Shown: one piece after another, positions 7,448 through 16,971 of the stretch | Layout of the letters: each line of letters starts with the position of its first letter | How positions within the stretch are numbered: the stretch's first letter is position 1 | Source: Candidatus Zipacnadia bacterium | Lineage (GTDB): Bacteria > Armatimonadota > Zipacnadia > Zipacnadales > Zipacnadaceae | Assembly: GCA_029821515.1 (NCBI GenBank) | Contig: JALGTD010000082.1 | Span: forward strand, 1 to 31,111 | DNA: 31,111 nucleotides | Direction: 5' to 3' | Made by a program: the position numbers and the translations under genes | Notes under the pieces: generated by a model | Database searches by the model: none | Told to the model about the DNA's origin: nothing | The model's input: the letters and a program-made list of their open reading frames with translations, nothing else

Positions 7448-10261
7448 TCACTGGCAGTTTAGAACTTGCCGCAAGAATTGTCCAGTGTAAGAATCATCAC
7501 AGGCTGCCACTTGTTCGGGAGTGCCCACGGCCACGACCTCGCCGCCTTCCTCTCCGCCTTCGGGACCAAGATCAATTATGTAGTCGGCCGCCTTTATTAC
7601 GTCCAGGTTGTGCTCGATAACCACTACGGTATTGCCAGCCTCCGTCAAACTATGAAGCACTTCCAGCAGCTTCTCAATATCGGCGAAGTGCAGACCCGTA
7701 GTCGGCTCATCGAGCAGGTATATGGTATCACCACTGCTGACACGGCTTAGCTCGCGAGCCAGCTTTATGCGTTGGGCCTCGCCGCCGGAGAGTGTCGGGG
7801 CCGGCTGGCCCAGACAGATATAGTCCAACCCCACCTCACACAGTGTGCTCAGGATGCGCTTGATCTTGGGCACATTGCGAAAATGCTCTTGAGCCTCTGC
7901 GACCGTCATCTCCAATATATCGGCGATATTCTTACCCTTGTAGCGAATCTGGAGAGTTTCCCTATTGTAACGCGTGCCGCCGCAGACTTCACAAGGCACA
8001 TAAATATCCGGCAGTAAGTGCATCTCAATCCGGCGTGTGCCGTCGCCCGAGCAGGCCTCACAGCGCCCTCCGGCCACATTGAAACTAAACCGACTGGCCG
8101 AATATCCGCGCATACGCGCCGCCTGGGTCTGGGCAAAAAGCTCACGAATCGGTCCAAAGACACGCACGTAGGTAGCTGGGTTAGAGCGTGGTGTCCGCCC
8201 GATCGGACTCTGATCAATATTGATTACCTTCTCGAGCAGATCAACACCCTCTATGGCCTTATGGCGGCCCGGGGAACGCTTGGAACCCTGTAGCTTACGT
8301 GCCAGAATCGGATAAAGAGTATCGTTGATCAGGCTGCTCTTGCCCGAGCCTGAGACGCCGGTAATACAAATCAACAGGCCCAACGGAAGCTCCACGTCTA
8401 TCTTCTTCAGATTATGCTGAGATGCTCCCCGAATACATAGGCTGCGACCGTCAGGCTCGCGTCTATGCGCAGGCACAGGTACCTTGCGCTGGCCGGTAAG
8501 ATATTGTCCAGTGATTGAATCGTCATCAGCCTTCAGACTCGCAACCGTGCCGGCGTGGATGATGCTGCCCCCCTCTGCACCGGCGCCGGGGCCGAATTCT
8601 ACTACATAATCGGCGCTCTCAATTGTTTGGGGGTCATGTTCTACAACTATTACAGTATTGCCCAGATCGCGCAGTTCCCAAAGCACCTCAATCAGCCGTT
8701 TTTGGTCGCGGGGATGCAAGCCAATGCTGGGTTCGTCCAGGATATACATCACGCCGGATAGACCGCTACCTATCTGAGTCGCCAGCCGGATTCGCTCGGC
8801 CTCTCCTCCAGCCAGCGTGGGCGCGGAGCGGTCCAGGGTCAGATAGCCGACGCCGACCTGCTCCATAAAGTGCAAACGCGCAGTGATCTCTTTAACCAGC
8901 TCTTCAGCTATAACCTGCTTAGTGCCGGCAAACGAAAGCTGCTCGAAAAACTCAATTGCTTCCTCCACTGTAGAGGAAGTGATATCGAAGATTGTCTTGC
9001 CGCCGACGCGTACCGAGCGGGCCTCCGGACACAGACGACTACCGCCGCAGGCCGGGCACGGCCCCGGCACAAAGAACTGATCATAGAACGTTTCAGTCTG
9101 CTGGGAGGACTCGTCCCGCTGGCGCTCAGCCAGGGGCAGAATTCCTTCATACTCCTTGGTGTATTCGAACTCGCGACCAGATTTTGCGCGATATAGAAAG
9201 GTGATCTCCTCGCCGCCAGAGCCGCACAGAATTACTTCCCGGATTTCTTCGGGAAGTTCACGCCAGGGCGTAGCAAGGTTGAATCCGTAATGGTCAGCCA
9301 ATCCTTCAAACTTATGCCGAGTATGTCGGGTATTGACATCGCCGACAATTCGCAGCGCACCCTCAAGTATGGAGCGCTCGGGGGCGGCCACCAGCAGGTC
9401 AGGATCAATTTGGCTCACGGTACCTAATCCCTCGCACTCCGGACACATACCTGCCGGTGTGTTGAAAGAAAACAAGCTCGGGGTCAATTCGGGGTAGGTA
9501 ATCTTACAGTGCGGGCAGGCGAATCGTGTCGAGAAGAGCCGCTCTTCGTCGCCGTCCACGCAGGCAATCAGCGTCTGGCTGCCTTCTTGCAGAGCGGTTT
9601 CCACAGACTCAGCCAGGCGCGACTCGACACCAGGCTCGATCACCAACCGATCTACGACTGCCGCGATATCAGCCGCCTCATCTCGGGGCAGTTCCTCCGC
9701 AAGATCGTAGATCTGGCTGTTGACTCGCGCCCGGGCGTATCCGCTTTGCCGCAGGCGGCGCAAGGTCTGCTGGATGTTCTCAGTGTCATTGTTCTCTACC
9801 GGCGCCAGCACATGAACCAGCGTACCAGCGGGCAGCTTAAGCAACTCATCCACGATCTGCTGGCTGCTGGTTGCCGAAATGGGCTTGCCACACTGGTAGC
9901 AAAAGGGCTGCCCAATCTTGGCAAAAAGCACCCGCAGGTAGTCGTAAATATTAGTTATGGTACCTACCGTCGAACGGGGGCTGCGACCTCCGGACTTCTG
10001 GTCAATCGCAATGGCCGGGGAGAGACCCTCAATATGGTCAACATCGGGGCGGCCGGCATCCTGCAGCAGTCGTCGCATATTTACCGAGAGGGCTTCTATG
10101 TAGCGCCGACGGCCTTCGGCATATATTGTGTCAAGAGCCAACGAAGACTTACCCGAGCCGCTTACCCCACAGAAGACGATCAGCTTGTTGCGGGGCACGG
10201 CCAGATTGATATCTTTCAGATTATGTTCGCGGGCTCCATACACCCGGATTTCGTCTGACAT
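7448..10261 (-). CDS. uvrA: Excinuclease ABC subunit A (divergent)
   Basis: Two GVSGSGKSS Walker A motifs, CxxC zinc modules, DEPSIGLH / DEPTTGLH; 937 aa. Confidence 0.95.
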   Translation of the reverse strand: MSDEIRVYGAREHNLKDINLAVPRNKLIVFCGVSGSGKSSLALDTIYAEGRRRYIEALSVNMRRLLQDAGRPDVDHIEGLSPAIAIDQKSGGRSPRSTVGTITNIYDYLRVLFAKIGQPFCYQCGKPISATSSQQIVDELLKLPAGTLVHVLAPVENNDTENIQQTLRRLRQSGYARARVNSQIYDLAEELPRDEAADIAAVVDRLVIEPGVESRLAESVETALQEGSQTLIACVDGDEERLFSTRFACPHCKITYPELTPSLFSFNTPAGMCPECEGLGTVSQIDPDLLVAAPERSILEGALRIVGDVNTRHTRHKFEGLADHYGFNLATPWRELPEEIREVILCGSGGEEITFLYRAKSGREFEYTKEYEGILPLAERQRDESSQQTETFYDQFFVPGPCPACGGSRLCPEARSVRVGGKTIFDITSSTVEEAIEFFEQLSFAGTKQVIAEELVKEITARLHFMEQVGVGYLTLDRSAPTLAGGEAERIRLATQIGSGLSGVMYILDEPSIGLHPRDQKRLIEVLWELRDLGNTVIVVEHDPQTIESADYVVEFGPGAGAEGGSIIHAGTVASLKADDDSITGQYLTGQRKVPVPAHRREPDGRSLCIRGASQHNLKKIDVELPLGLLICITGVSGSGKSSLINDTLYPILARKLQGSKRSPGRHKAIEGVDLLEKVINIDQSPIGRTPRSNPATYVRVFGPIRELFAQTQAARMRGYSASRFSFNVAGGRCEACSGDGTRRIEMHLLPDIYVPCEVCGGTRYNRETLQIRYKGKNIADILEMTVAEAQEHFRNVPKIKRILSTLCEVGLDYICLGQPAPTLSGGEAQRIKLARELSRVSSGDTIYLLDEPTTGLHFADIEKLLEVLHSLTEAGNTVVVIEHNLDVIKAADYIIDLGPEGGEEGGEVVAVGTPEQVAACDDSYTGQFLRQVLNCQ

Positions 10262-10312
10262 CCGCCTCCCCCTACATCCTCCGGTTGAGGACCACCAGCA
10301 GTATATCCGGGT

Positions 10313-10342
10313 AGTATACCACCGACTCTAGCTGCTGGTCAA
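10313..10342 (-). promoter_or_regulatory. Sigma-70 promoter of uvrA
   Basis: TTGACC-N18-TATACT with TG-N extended -10; GGGGGAGG RBS before ATG 10261. Confidence 0.7.
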
Positions 10343-10449
10343 CGCTAATAGGGGAATCCTCCACGTGCGGCAGGAGCCGCTGGCTGTTCACAGGCGGACT
10401 AATAGTCCAAGTTGGCAGAGCAACTAGCAGTGGTGACCGGGCAGGCGTC

Positions 10450-12824
10450 TTACTCAGCGGGCACAATCCGCACCTGTGCCCGCCGGCCCTGCAAATCAAA
10501 GCGCAGCCGGCCGGAATGATCTGCCTGCAGAATCTGACGCCAGGTCGCTTGAAACTCGTAATCAATTACGACCTGGTGATGAGAAAGAGGGGCGACCGGA
10601 TAGACGCCTGTTTCTACTGTTATACGCACCGGCGTGCTGGCGCCGTAGCTCAGTTGCCATCCCGTACTCCGACTGCCGCGCAGTTCAGCGCCCACTCCGG
10701 CAATCTCCAGTTCCACCAGGTCAGACTGATACTTGAGCAACACCGCCGAAGCCTCGTCGTAGTGGGGATTGATTATGATGGGACGGGCTACGGTAGAAGT
10801 CAGGTGCAGAGGCGGGACAGGCACTGTCACTATTACCCGCCCGCTACGTCGACCTGACGGCAAACGCTCATAAGCAGAAAACCGGCAGAAACCACCAGCG
10901 TAGAGGTGGTCATCTGCTTGAATGGCGCTGAACTCAACCCGGGTAGTGTAGCGGCCTGTATTCAGCAGATAACAGGAGTCACCACTTCCGCAAATCTCTA
11001 CATTGCCAACAAATAGTTCCGGCTGATGAAGCTCGTAGGCCGCCCGCCTGGCCCACAGGTCGTGGTGGAACGCTCCAAAGACGGGGTCGGTGGGTATCCA
11101 GTTAGCCCACAGGCGCGTTGTGGCGAACAGAGCCACCCCCAGCCCGTATTCGTTCAGCACAATTCCAGAATACATGTAACCGCTGCCCTCAGCGGGCAGG
11201 CGACGTCCCACCGCCCAGGGAACAGCATCGGGGGCAAGTGTGACGTAAGCTACCGGCCCACCAAAAGTGTAAGACCGGCGCTGAGCGGGAGTACCCTGTT
11301 TCAGATGCTCAGCGAGCCGGAAGCTACCCTGGCTTTGCAGAGGAGGTGGCAGCGAGGGAAAGTGCTCTGACCTAATGCCAAATGAGAAGTCTCCTATTTC
11401 TTCTTGCAGCAGCGGCATTTGTTCAATCCCGAACAGAAGCTGCAACTGGCCGGGCAAGCGCTGCCAGGAGCCGCTCTGACGCAATCGTATTCACAGAGCC
11501 TGCTGACAGCCTGCAGGGGCAGATCAAGCGCCAGTGGGGCAGCGATGAAGCTGTACTGCTGCAGATCCACCTCGGGATCTTCCAGCGCTGCAACAGTTAA
11601 ATAATCAACCAGTCCAAAGCGGCTGCCGCACCGAAAAACGTTGAACAGACCGTTAGGTTCACCCTCAGAGAAATCAGCAATGTAGCCGTAGACTGATAAA
11701 TCGCCGACTCGATACCCCTCAGCATACGGCTCATACAGGAAAGCTGCCACTGGCTTCGGTGTCACCGTAAAAATATGGCGGTTCAGAGCGGGGTGAATTA
11801 TTTGAGCCAGTTTACTGTCAGCCAACGCTGCGGGGCCCTCTTCATCATCTGGCCCTGGCAGCAAGCCGCTGGCGACCAGTCTACCATAGTTGTCCAGCCC
11901 GATACCCACCGCTCCGTGCAGAGCTGCCTGGTTGATCCAGCGCTGGAGCGCATCTTTGCTGTAGATTGGCTCGCCCGGCACCGGCACCCACAGCGCCCGC
12001 ACCACCTGGAAGCGCCCAGCCTGGCGTGCAATGTCTATGGCGTGGACGTTGTGGGCAAGCTTGTCAGGCTCCAGCACATCCGGCGCCATCGCCGGCATCA
12101 CGAAATCATAGCTATCAGGCACTGCGCTAAGCGAATAGTACAGACCAATGCGCCCGGCAAATAGCGGCGTGTCCGGATCCACGCTGCGCACTTGCTGCGC
12201 CCACAAAGATAGCACACCGGCAAGAGCCTGGTGCCGGTAGTCAGCCAGATCAATAGAGGGCCGCCCCACACCGAAAGGCTGCTCGTCATCCAGCGTGGTT
12301 GCCTCCTGGGTGGTGATCTGTGTCCAGTCGCCGAAGTTGCCACCCCATGCGGCATTCAACGCCTCCAGCAAGCCGTACTGCCGCTGAAGATATTGGCGGA
12401 AGCCCCGGTCAGTCTCCTGCAGCCGGGAGTCGAGGTAGTCACCAATGGCCCATCCGCCCACCGCTGGCTCATTTTTCAAGACTGATACTACCTGTTGGGC
12501 GGTCTTCCAGGCATACGCTGCCAAATCTGGATCGTCAGCAGCTATGGCTACCGGCCCTGGGGGAATGGTGGGAAGGGCCACAATCACCTTGAGGCCAGTC
12601 CGCTCGGCTGCAGCGATCTGACTGCGGATATCAGGTAGCCCGGAATCGTAGCGTGGGGGCACTTCCAGGTAGAGGGTATTTAGCCCAACGGCGCTGGCTA
12701 CTTGTGCAGCACCGTCGCCTTGCAGACCATAAACAAAAACAAAAGGGCCAGACTGCGCCCAGCTAAGCGCGCAACTGGCCAATATTGCTACCGTTGCCGC
12801 GATCAGTGTTGCTAATCTATTCAT
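10450..12824 (-). pseudogene. Secreted GH42 (beta-galactosidase)-fold protein split by a frameshift near 11490 (ORFs 11394-12824 and 10450-11484)
   Basis: Signal peptide MNRLATLIAATVAILASCALSWA; GH42-like YLQRQYGLLEALNAAWGGNF motif; trimerisation-domain-like segment. The first ORF ends in a spurious Cys-rich tail while the second frame opens at the same point. Confidence 0.65.
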
Positions 12825-12864
12825 TGCACGGTACGCCGGACCGTCTGCTTGAGAAGGCTGGACG

Positions 12865-13599
12865 CTATTCCGATCCGTTGGCCGCTGCTGGCAGCTCATC
12901 AGTCCACTCATCCTGAAACGCCAGAGCATCATGGGCGGCTGCCTGCTCAGCCTTCTGTTTGCTGCCACCGTGGCCTATGCCCAATACCCGGCCAGCCAAG
13001 CGCACCTCCACATCAAAAACCGGGTCGTGGTCAGGGCCAGCCCGCCCCGTAGTCACGTACTCAGGTACCAGTTGAGTCAACGACTGGCACAGCTCCTGGA
13101 GAGTGGTCTTGGCATCCCGGAAGCTCTCGTCCTCAACTCCATCAATGATATCAAGGAAATGAGCGACCACGAACTGGTGGGTCTGCTGGTAACCGCCGGA
13201 CAGATAGACAGCGCCCAGCAGTGCTTCCAGTGAATCAGCCAATACTGAGGTCTTGCGTCGCCCTCCGGTATTTTCCTCGCTCTGCCCCAGTTGCAGATAC
13301 GAGCCCAGCTTCAGTGACCGTGCCACATTGGCCAAATTAGCCGTCTGTACTACTGCTGATTTTGCTCGAGTTAGCCACCCTTCATCAGCTTGAGGAAACC
13401 GCTGATATAACTCCCCGGCAACTATAGCGTCCAGCACGGCATCGCCCAGGAATTCCAGGCGCTCATTTGACTCATAAGCGGCGCCGCCTCCCTCCCGGAC
13501 ATACGAAGCATGGGACAGTGCCTGTTTGAGTAGGTCAATATCCAGGTCAGTGATTTCCAGCTCATCAGCTAACTGCTGCCATCCGTCGTCACTGCACAT
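12865..13599 (-). CDS. rnc: Ribonuclease III
   Basis: NERLEFLGDAVL signature, ADSLEALLGA, C-terminal dsRBD (DAKTTLQE...GSKQKAEQAAA). Start set after the fabF stop. Confidence 0.96.
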   Translation of the reverse strand: MCSDDGWQQLADELEITDLDIDLLKQALSHASYVREGGGAAYESNERLEFLGDAVLDAIVAGELYQRFPQADEGWLTRAKSAVVQTANLANVARSLKLGSYLQLGQSEENTGGRRKTSVLADSLEALLGAVYLSGGYQQTHQFVVAHFLDIIDGVEDESFRDAKTTLQELCQSLTQLVPEYVTTGRAGPDHDPVFDVEVRLAGRVLGIGHGGSKQKAEQAAAHDALAFQDEWTDELPAAANGSE

Positions 13600-13630
13600 A
13601 ATACTAATCGTTTCGCCTGCCTCGGAAGGA

Positions 13631-14869
13631 CTAGCCAAATCGGGAAACAATGAGAACCGCGTTGTGGCCGCCGAAGCCGAAGGAATTAGACATCGCCACG
13701 TCAACATTGGCTGTACGAGGCTCCCCCTGGACAATATCCAGATCCCGTGGGAGAGACCCATCCAGGTTATCACAGTTTAAGGTATGGGGAATCAGGCTAT
13801 CGCGCATCGCCAACATACAGGCTACCAATTCGGTAGCACTGGTCGCCCCCAGTTGGTGGGCGTGGATTGGTTTGGTGGACGATATAGGAACACTGTCTGC
13901 AAAAGTCGCCGCCAACGCATTAGCTTCCATAGCGTCGCCGTTGGGAGTGCCTGGGGCATGGGCGTTGACGTAATCAATGTCCGCCGGCTGCAGGCCAGCA
14001 TCGTCCAGAGCCGCCTCCATGGCCAGACAAGCACCAATGCCCTCCGGGTCGGGCGCTGTGATATGCCAGGCATCGGCACTGGCGCCATAACCCATCACCT
14101 CGCCCCAAATCGACGCGCCCCGGGCCTGAGCATGCTCCAGCTCCTCAAGTATGAGAATCGTGCTGCCCTCCCCAACCACAAAGCCATCCCGATCTCGGTC
14201 GAAGGGGCGACAGGACCGTTGCGGATCGTCATTGCGCGTGGACACGGCCTTAGCCGCAGCAAAGCCGGCCATAGCCGTAGGCGAGATGGTTGCCTCAGCG
14301 CCTCCCGTTATCATTATTTCTGCCGCGCCCCGCCTAATAGTGACAGTTGCCTCGCCAATGGCATGCCCAGCACTGGCGCAGGCGGTGGCGATGGCAGTAT
14401 TGGGGCCACGGGCGCCGGTCTGTATCGAAACCATACCCGCAGCCATGTCAATGATCATCTTGGGCACCAGGAACGGCGAGACACGGGAAGGGCCGCGGCT
14501 CAGCAGAATCTCATACTGCTCCTCCCAGGCACGCATCCCACCTATGCCCGACCCGATCAGCACGCCCACCCGATCGCGATTCTTCTCGGTTATCTCGAGC
14601 TGGGCGTCGGTCAGAGCCATATTAGTGGCCGCCAGCGCAAACTGCACGAAGCGATCACAGCGCTTAAGCAGCTTGCGATCAATCCAGTCGGTGGGGTCGA
14701 AGTCATTGACCTCACCAGCGATACGCACATCATACTGGCTTACATCAAACTGCGTGATCGGCCCGATACCCGATCGGCCCTCGCATACAGCCTGCCAGAA
14801 CTCGTCGGGCGAATTACCGACGGGCGTGATCATCCCTACACCAGTTATGACTACGCGTCTGTCACTCAT
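13631..14869 (-). CDS. fabF: 3-oxoacyl-ACP synthase II
   Basis: RVVITGVG, ATACAS (catalytic Cys), two catalytic His, SNSFGFGGHN. Confidence 0.95.
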   Translation of the reverse strand: MSDRRVVITGVGMITPVGNSPDEFWQAVCEGRSGIGPITQFDVSQYDVRIAGEVNDFDPTDWIDRKLLKRCDRFVQFALAATNMALTDAQLEITEKNRDRVGVLIGSGIGGMRAWEEQYEILLSRGPSRVSPFLVPKMIIDMAAGMVSIQTGARGPNTAIATACASAGHAIGEATVTIRRGAAEIMITGGAEATISPTAMAGFAAAKAVSTRNDDPQRSCRPFDRDRDGFVVGEGSTILILEELEHAQARGASIWGEVMGYGASADAWHITAPDPEGIGACLAMEAALDDAGLQPADIDYVNAHAPGTPNGDAMEANALAATFADSVPISSTKPIHAHQLGATSATELVACMLAMRDSLIPHTLNCDNLDGSLPRDLDIVQGEPRTANVDVAMSNSFGFGGHNAVLIVSRFG

Positions 14870-14966
14870 AATGAGCAGCTACGGGACTGGCAACTGTGAC
14901 TCCCGGCAGCCACTGACCTCCACATAAGTGCGGACCCCTGCCGGAACAGTTGTGCACCAGCCTGAG

Positions 14967-15206
14967 CTATCCATTCACACCTTGTTCTTCAAGATAGCGC
15001 ACCGCGGCGCCGACCGTCGTGATCCGCTCCGCGTCTTCTTCGGGAATCTCCAGATCAAACTCGTCCTCCAGAGCCATAACCAACTCTACCACGTCCAACG
15101 AATCCGCCTTCAGATCGCCATCAAAGGTAGCATTCTCGGTCACTTGACTCTCCGGGACCGCCAGCTCGCGTACTATTACTTCCCTGACTTGCTCAAACAA
15201 TGCCAC
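14967..15206 (-). CDS. acpP: Acyl carrier protein
   Basis: [11 protein letters not shown] phosphopantetheine site; acidic; 79 aa. Confidence 0.97.
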   Translation of the reverse strand: MALFEQVREVIVRELAVPESQVTENATFDGDLKADSLDVVELVMALEDEFDLEIPEEDAERITTVGAAVRYLEEQGVNG

Positions 15207-15245
15207 TCAAGTTCACCTACCTATCGTAGTTTGTGTGCTGCCAGA

Positions 15246-15254
15246 ATTATATCA
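15246..15254 (-). promoter_or_regulatory. Internal extended -10 promoter for acpP
   Basis: TG-A-TATAAT in the fabG-acpP gap; no consensus -35. Confidence 0.6.
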
Positions 15255-15271
15255 GATTCTGCCCTAATCTT

Positions 15272-16021
15272 CTACATCACCATTCCGCCGTCAACGATAA
15301 GAACCTGCCCGGTAATGTAAGCCGCTTCGGGCCCCGCCAGAAAAACCACCGCAGCAGCGACATCCTCGGGCTGACCCGGGCGGCCCAGCGGTACCCGCCC
15401 CAGCATCTGTTCGCGGGCTTCATCGGAAAGCTGGGCAGTCATCTCAGTCTCAATGAAGCCGGGCGCTACTGCATTGCAGGTAATCCCGCGGCTGCCCAGC
15501 TCCTGAGCAGTGCTTTTGGTCAAAGCAATCAACCCGCCCTTGGACGAGGAATAGTTAGCCTGGCCGACATTTCCAGTCAGTCCCACTACCGAGGCGATAT
15601 TGATAATGCGCCCACGACGTGCCTTAACCATAGGACGGGCTACCGCCTTCGTGCACAGAAATGCTCCCTTGAGATTGACCGCCAGTACCGTATCCCACTG
15701 CTCTCCGGACATACGCATCAGCAGATTATCCTGGGTAATCCCAGCGTTGTTCACCAGAATATCGATCTGGCCAAATCTGTCCATAGCCGCCGTGACCATC
15801 GCCTTGACTTCGTCCTCAGAAGTGATATCAGCCACCACTGGCATAGCCACCCTCCCCATTTCCTCTATCTGGGCCGCGACTTGCCCGGTACTTTCCTCCA
15901 CCACATCATTAACCACCACATCAGCACCGTGCTCGGCCAGAGCCAGGGCAATCGCCCGCCCAATGCCCCGTCCACAACCCGTTACTAAGACCACTTGATC
16001 TTCCAGGTGCAATCGGCTCAC
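15272..16021 (-). CDS. fabG: 3-oxoacyl-ACP reductase
   Basis: TGCGRGIG, NNAGITQD, NYSSSK (YxxxK), PGFIET. TTG at 16012 may be the true start (AAGGAG 8 nt upstream). Confidence 0.96.
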   Translation of the reverse strand: MSRLHLEDQVVLVTGCGRGIGRAIALALAEHGADVVVNDVVEESTGQVAAQIEEMGRVAMPVVADITSEDEVKAMVTAAMDRFGQIDILVNNAGITQDNLLMRMSGEQWDTVLAVNLKGAFLCTKAVARPMVKARRGRIINIASVVGLTGNVGQANYSSSKGGLIALTKSTAQELGSRGITCNAVAPGFIETEMTAQLSDEAREQMLGRVPLGRPGQPEDVAAAVVFLAGPEAAYITGQVLIVDGGMVM

Positions 16022-16028
16022 TCCTTCG

Positions 16029-16955
16029 CTACGCTAACTTTGCCACCACTTCTTCAATGGCCTTCCCATCAGACGTGTCCATAGCCCCGACGGTATCGTC
16101 AATCTTGTCCAGCATCCTGGTCAGCACCCGCTTGGGACCGACTTCCACAAAAACCTCGACGCCCATCTCAATCATCCTGCGGACAGATTCCTCCCAGTGT
16201 ATGCTGTGGTTGATCTGCCGTGCCAATGCCCGCACAATTCCTGATGCATCACTGCGAGCGGTCGCATCCACATTAGAGACAATTGGCACGCGGGCATCAC
16301 TGATACCGGCTTGATGCAGATACTCACCGAATCGCTGCGCAGTACCGGTCATTAGCGGCGAATGAAACGCTCCACTGACCTTGAGCAATATACTGCCTTT
16401 TGCTCCCCGCTGCTTGGCAAGCTCACAAGCCTGCTGTACCGCCGATACTGCCCCGGAAACAACCACCTGGCCAGGACAGTTGTAATTAGCGACCACCAGC
16501 ACCTGGCCGCTGCCCGCCTCCTCTACTACCGCCTCAACCTTCTTCTTCTCCAGGCCAATTATAGCAGCCATCGTTCCGCCGACTCGCTGCCCGTCTTCCG
16601 CCATCAACTCTCCGCGATGTCGCACCAACCGCAAAGCATTTTCAAAGTCCAGCGCACCTGCGGCCACCAGTGCCGAGTATTCGCCCAAACTGTGGCCAGC
16701 TACCACGTCAGGCTGCAAGCCCTTCGCCTTGAGCACCCGCAGCACCGCTACACTGTGCGTAAGCAGGGCTGGCTGGGCCGCCTCAGTGGCCGTCAGCTCT
16801 TCTGCTGGCCCTTCCCTCATCAGCCGGGATAGCTCGATACCCAGCACTGCATCCGCCTGCTCAATTACCATCGCAGCGGCCGCATACTGCTCAGCCACAT
16901 CAGCTCCCATACCGACATATTGCGAACCCTGTCCTGGAAAGATAAAGGCAATCAT
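16029..16955 (-). CDS. fabD: Malonyl-CoA:ACP transacylase
   Basis: FPGQGSQ, GHSLGEY, VSGAFHS motifs. Confidence 0.97.
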   Translation of the reverse strand: MIAFIFPGQGSQYVGMGADVAEQYAAAAMVIEQADAVLGIELSRLMREGPAEELTATEAAQPALLTHSVAVLRVLKAKGLQPDVVAGHSLGEYSALVAAGALDFENALRLVRHRGELMAEDGQRVGGTMAAIIGLEKKKVEAVVEEAGSGQVLVVANYNCPGQVVVSGAVSAVQQACELAKQRGAKGSILLKVSGAFHSPLMTGTAQRFGEYLHQAGISDARVPIVSNVDATARSDASGIVRALARQINHSIHWEESVRRMIEMGVEVFVEVGPKRVLTRMLDKIDDTVGAMDTSDGKAIEEVVAKLA

Positions 16956-16971
16956 AATTGCAGGCGCTCGC

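Noticed and set aside
13784-14927. Long plus-strand ORFs (371 aa, 258 aa) opposite fabF, and similar ones opposite uvrA, fabG, fabH, the GT4 gene and pheS
   Set aside because: Antisense shadows of well-supported minus-strand genes in GC-rich DNA; no RBS or recognisable motifs.
14866-14930. Possible 19-codon uORF (MWRSVAAG...) whose TGA overlaps the fabF ATG
   Set aside because: No well-spaced RBS and no informative composition; likely chance.
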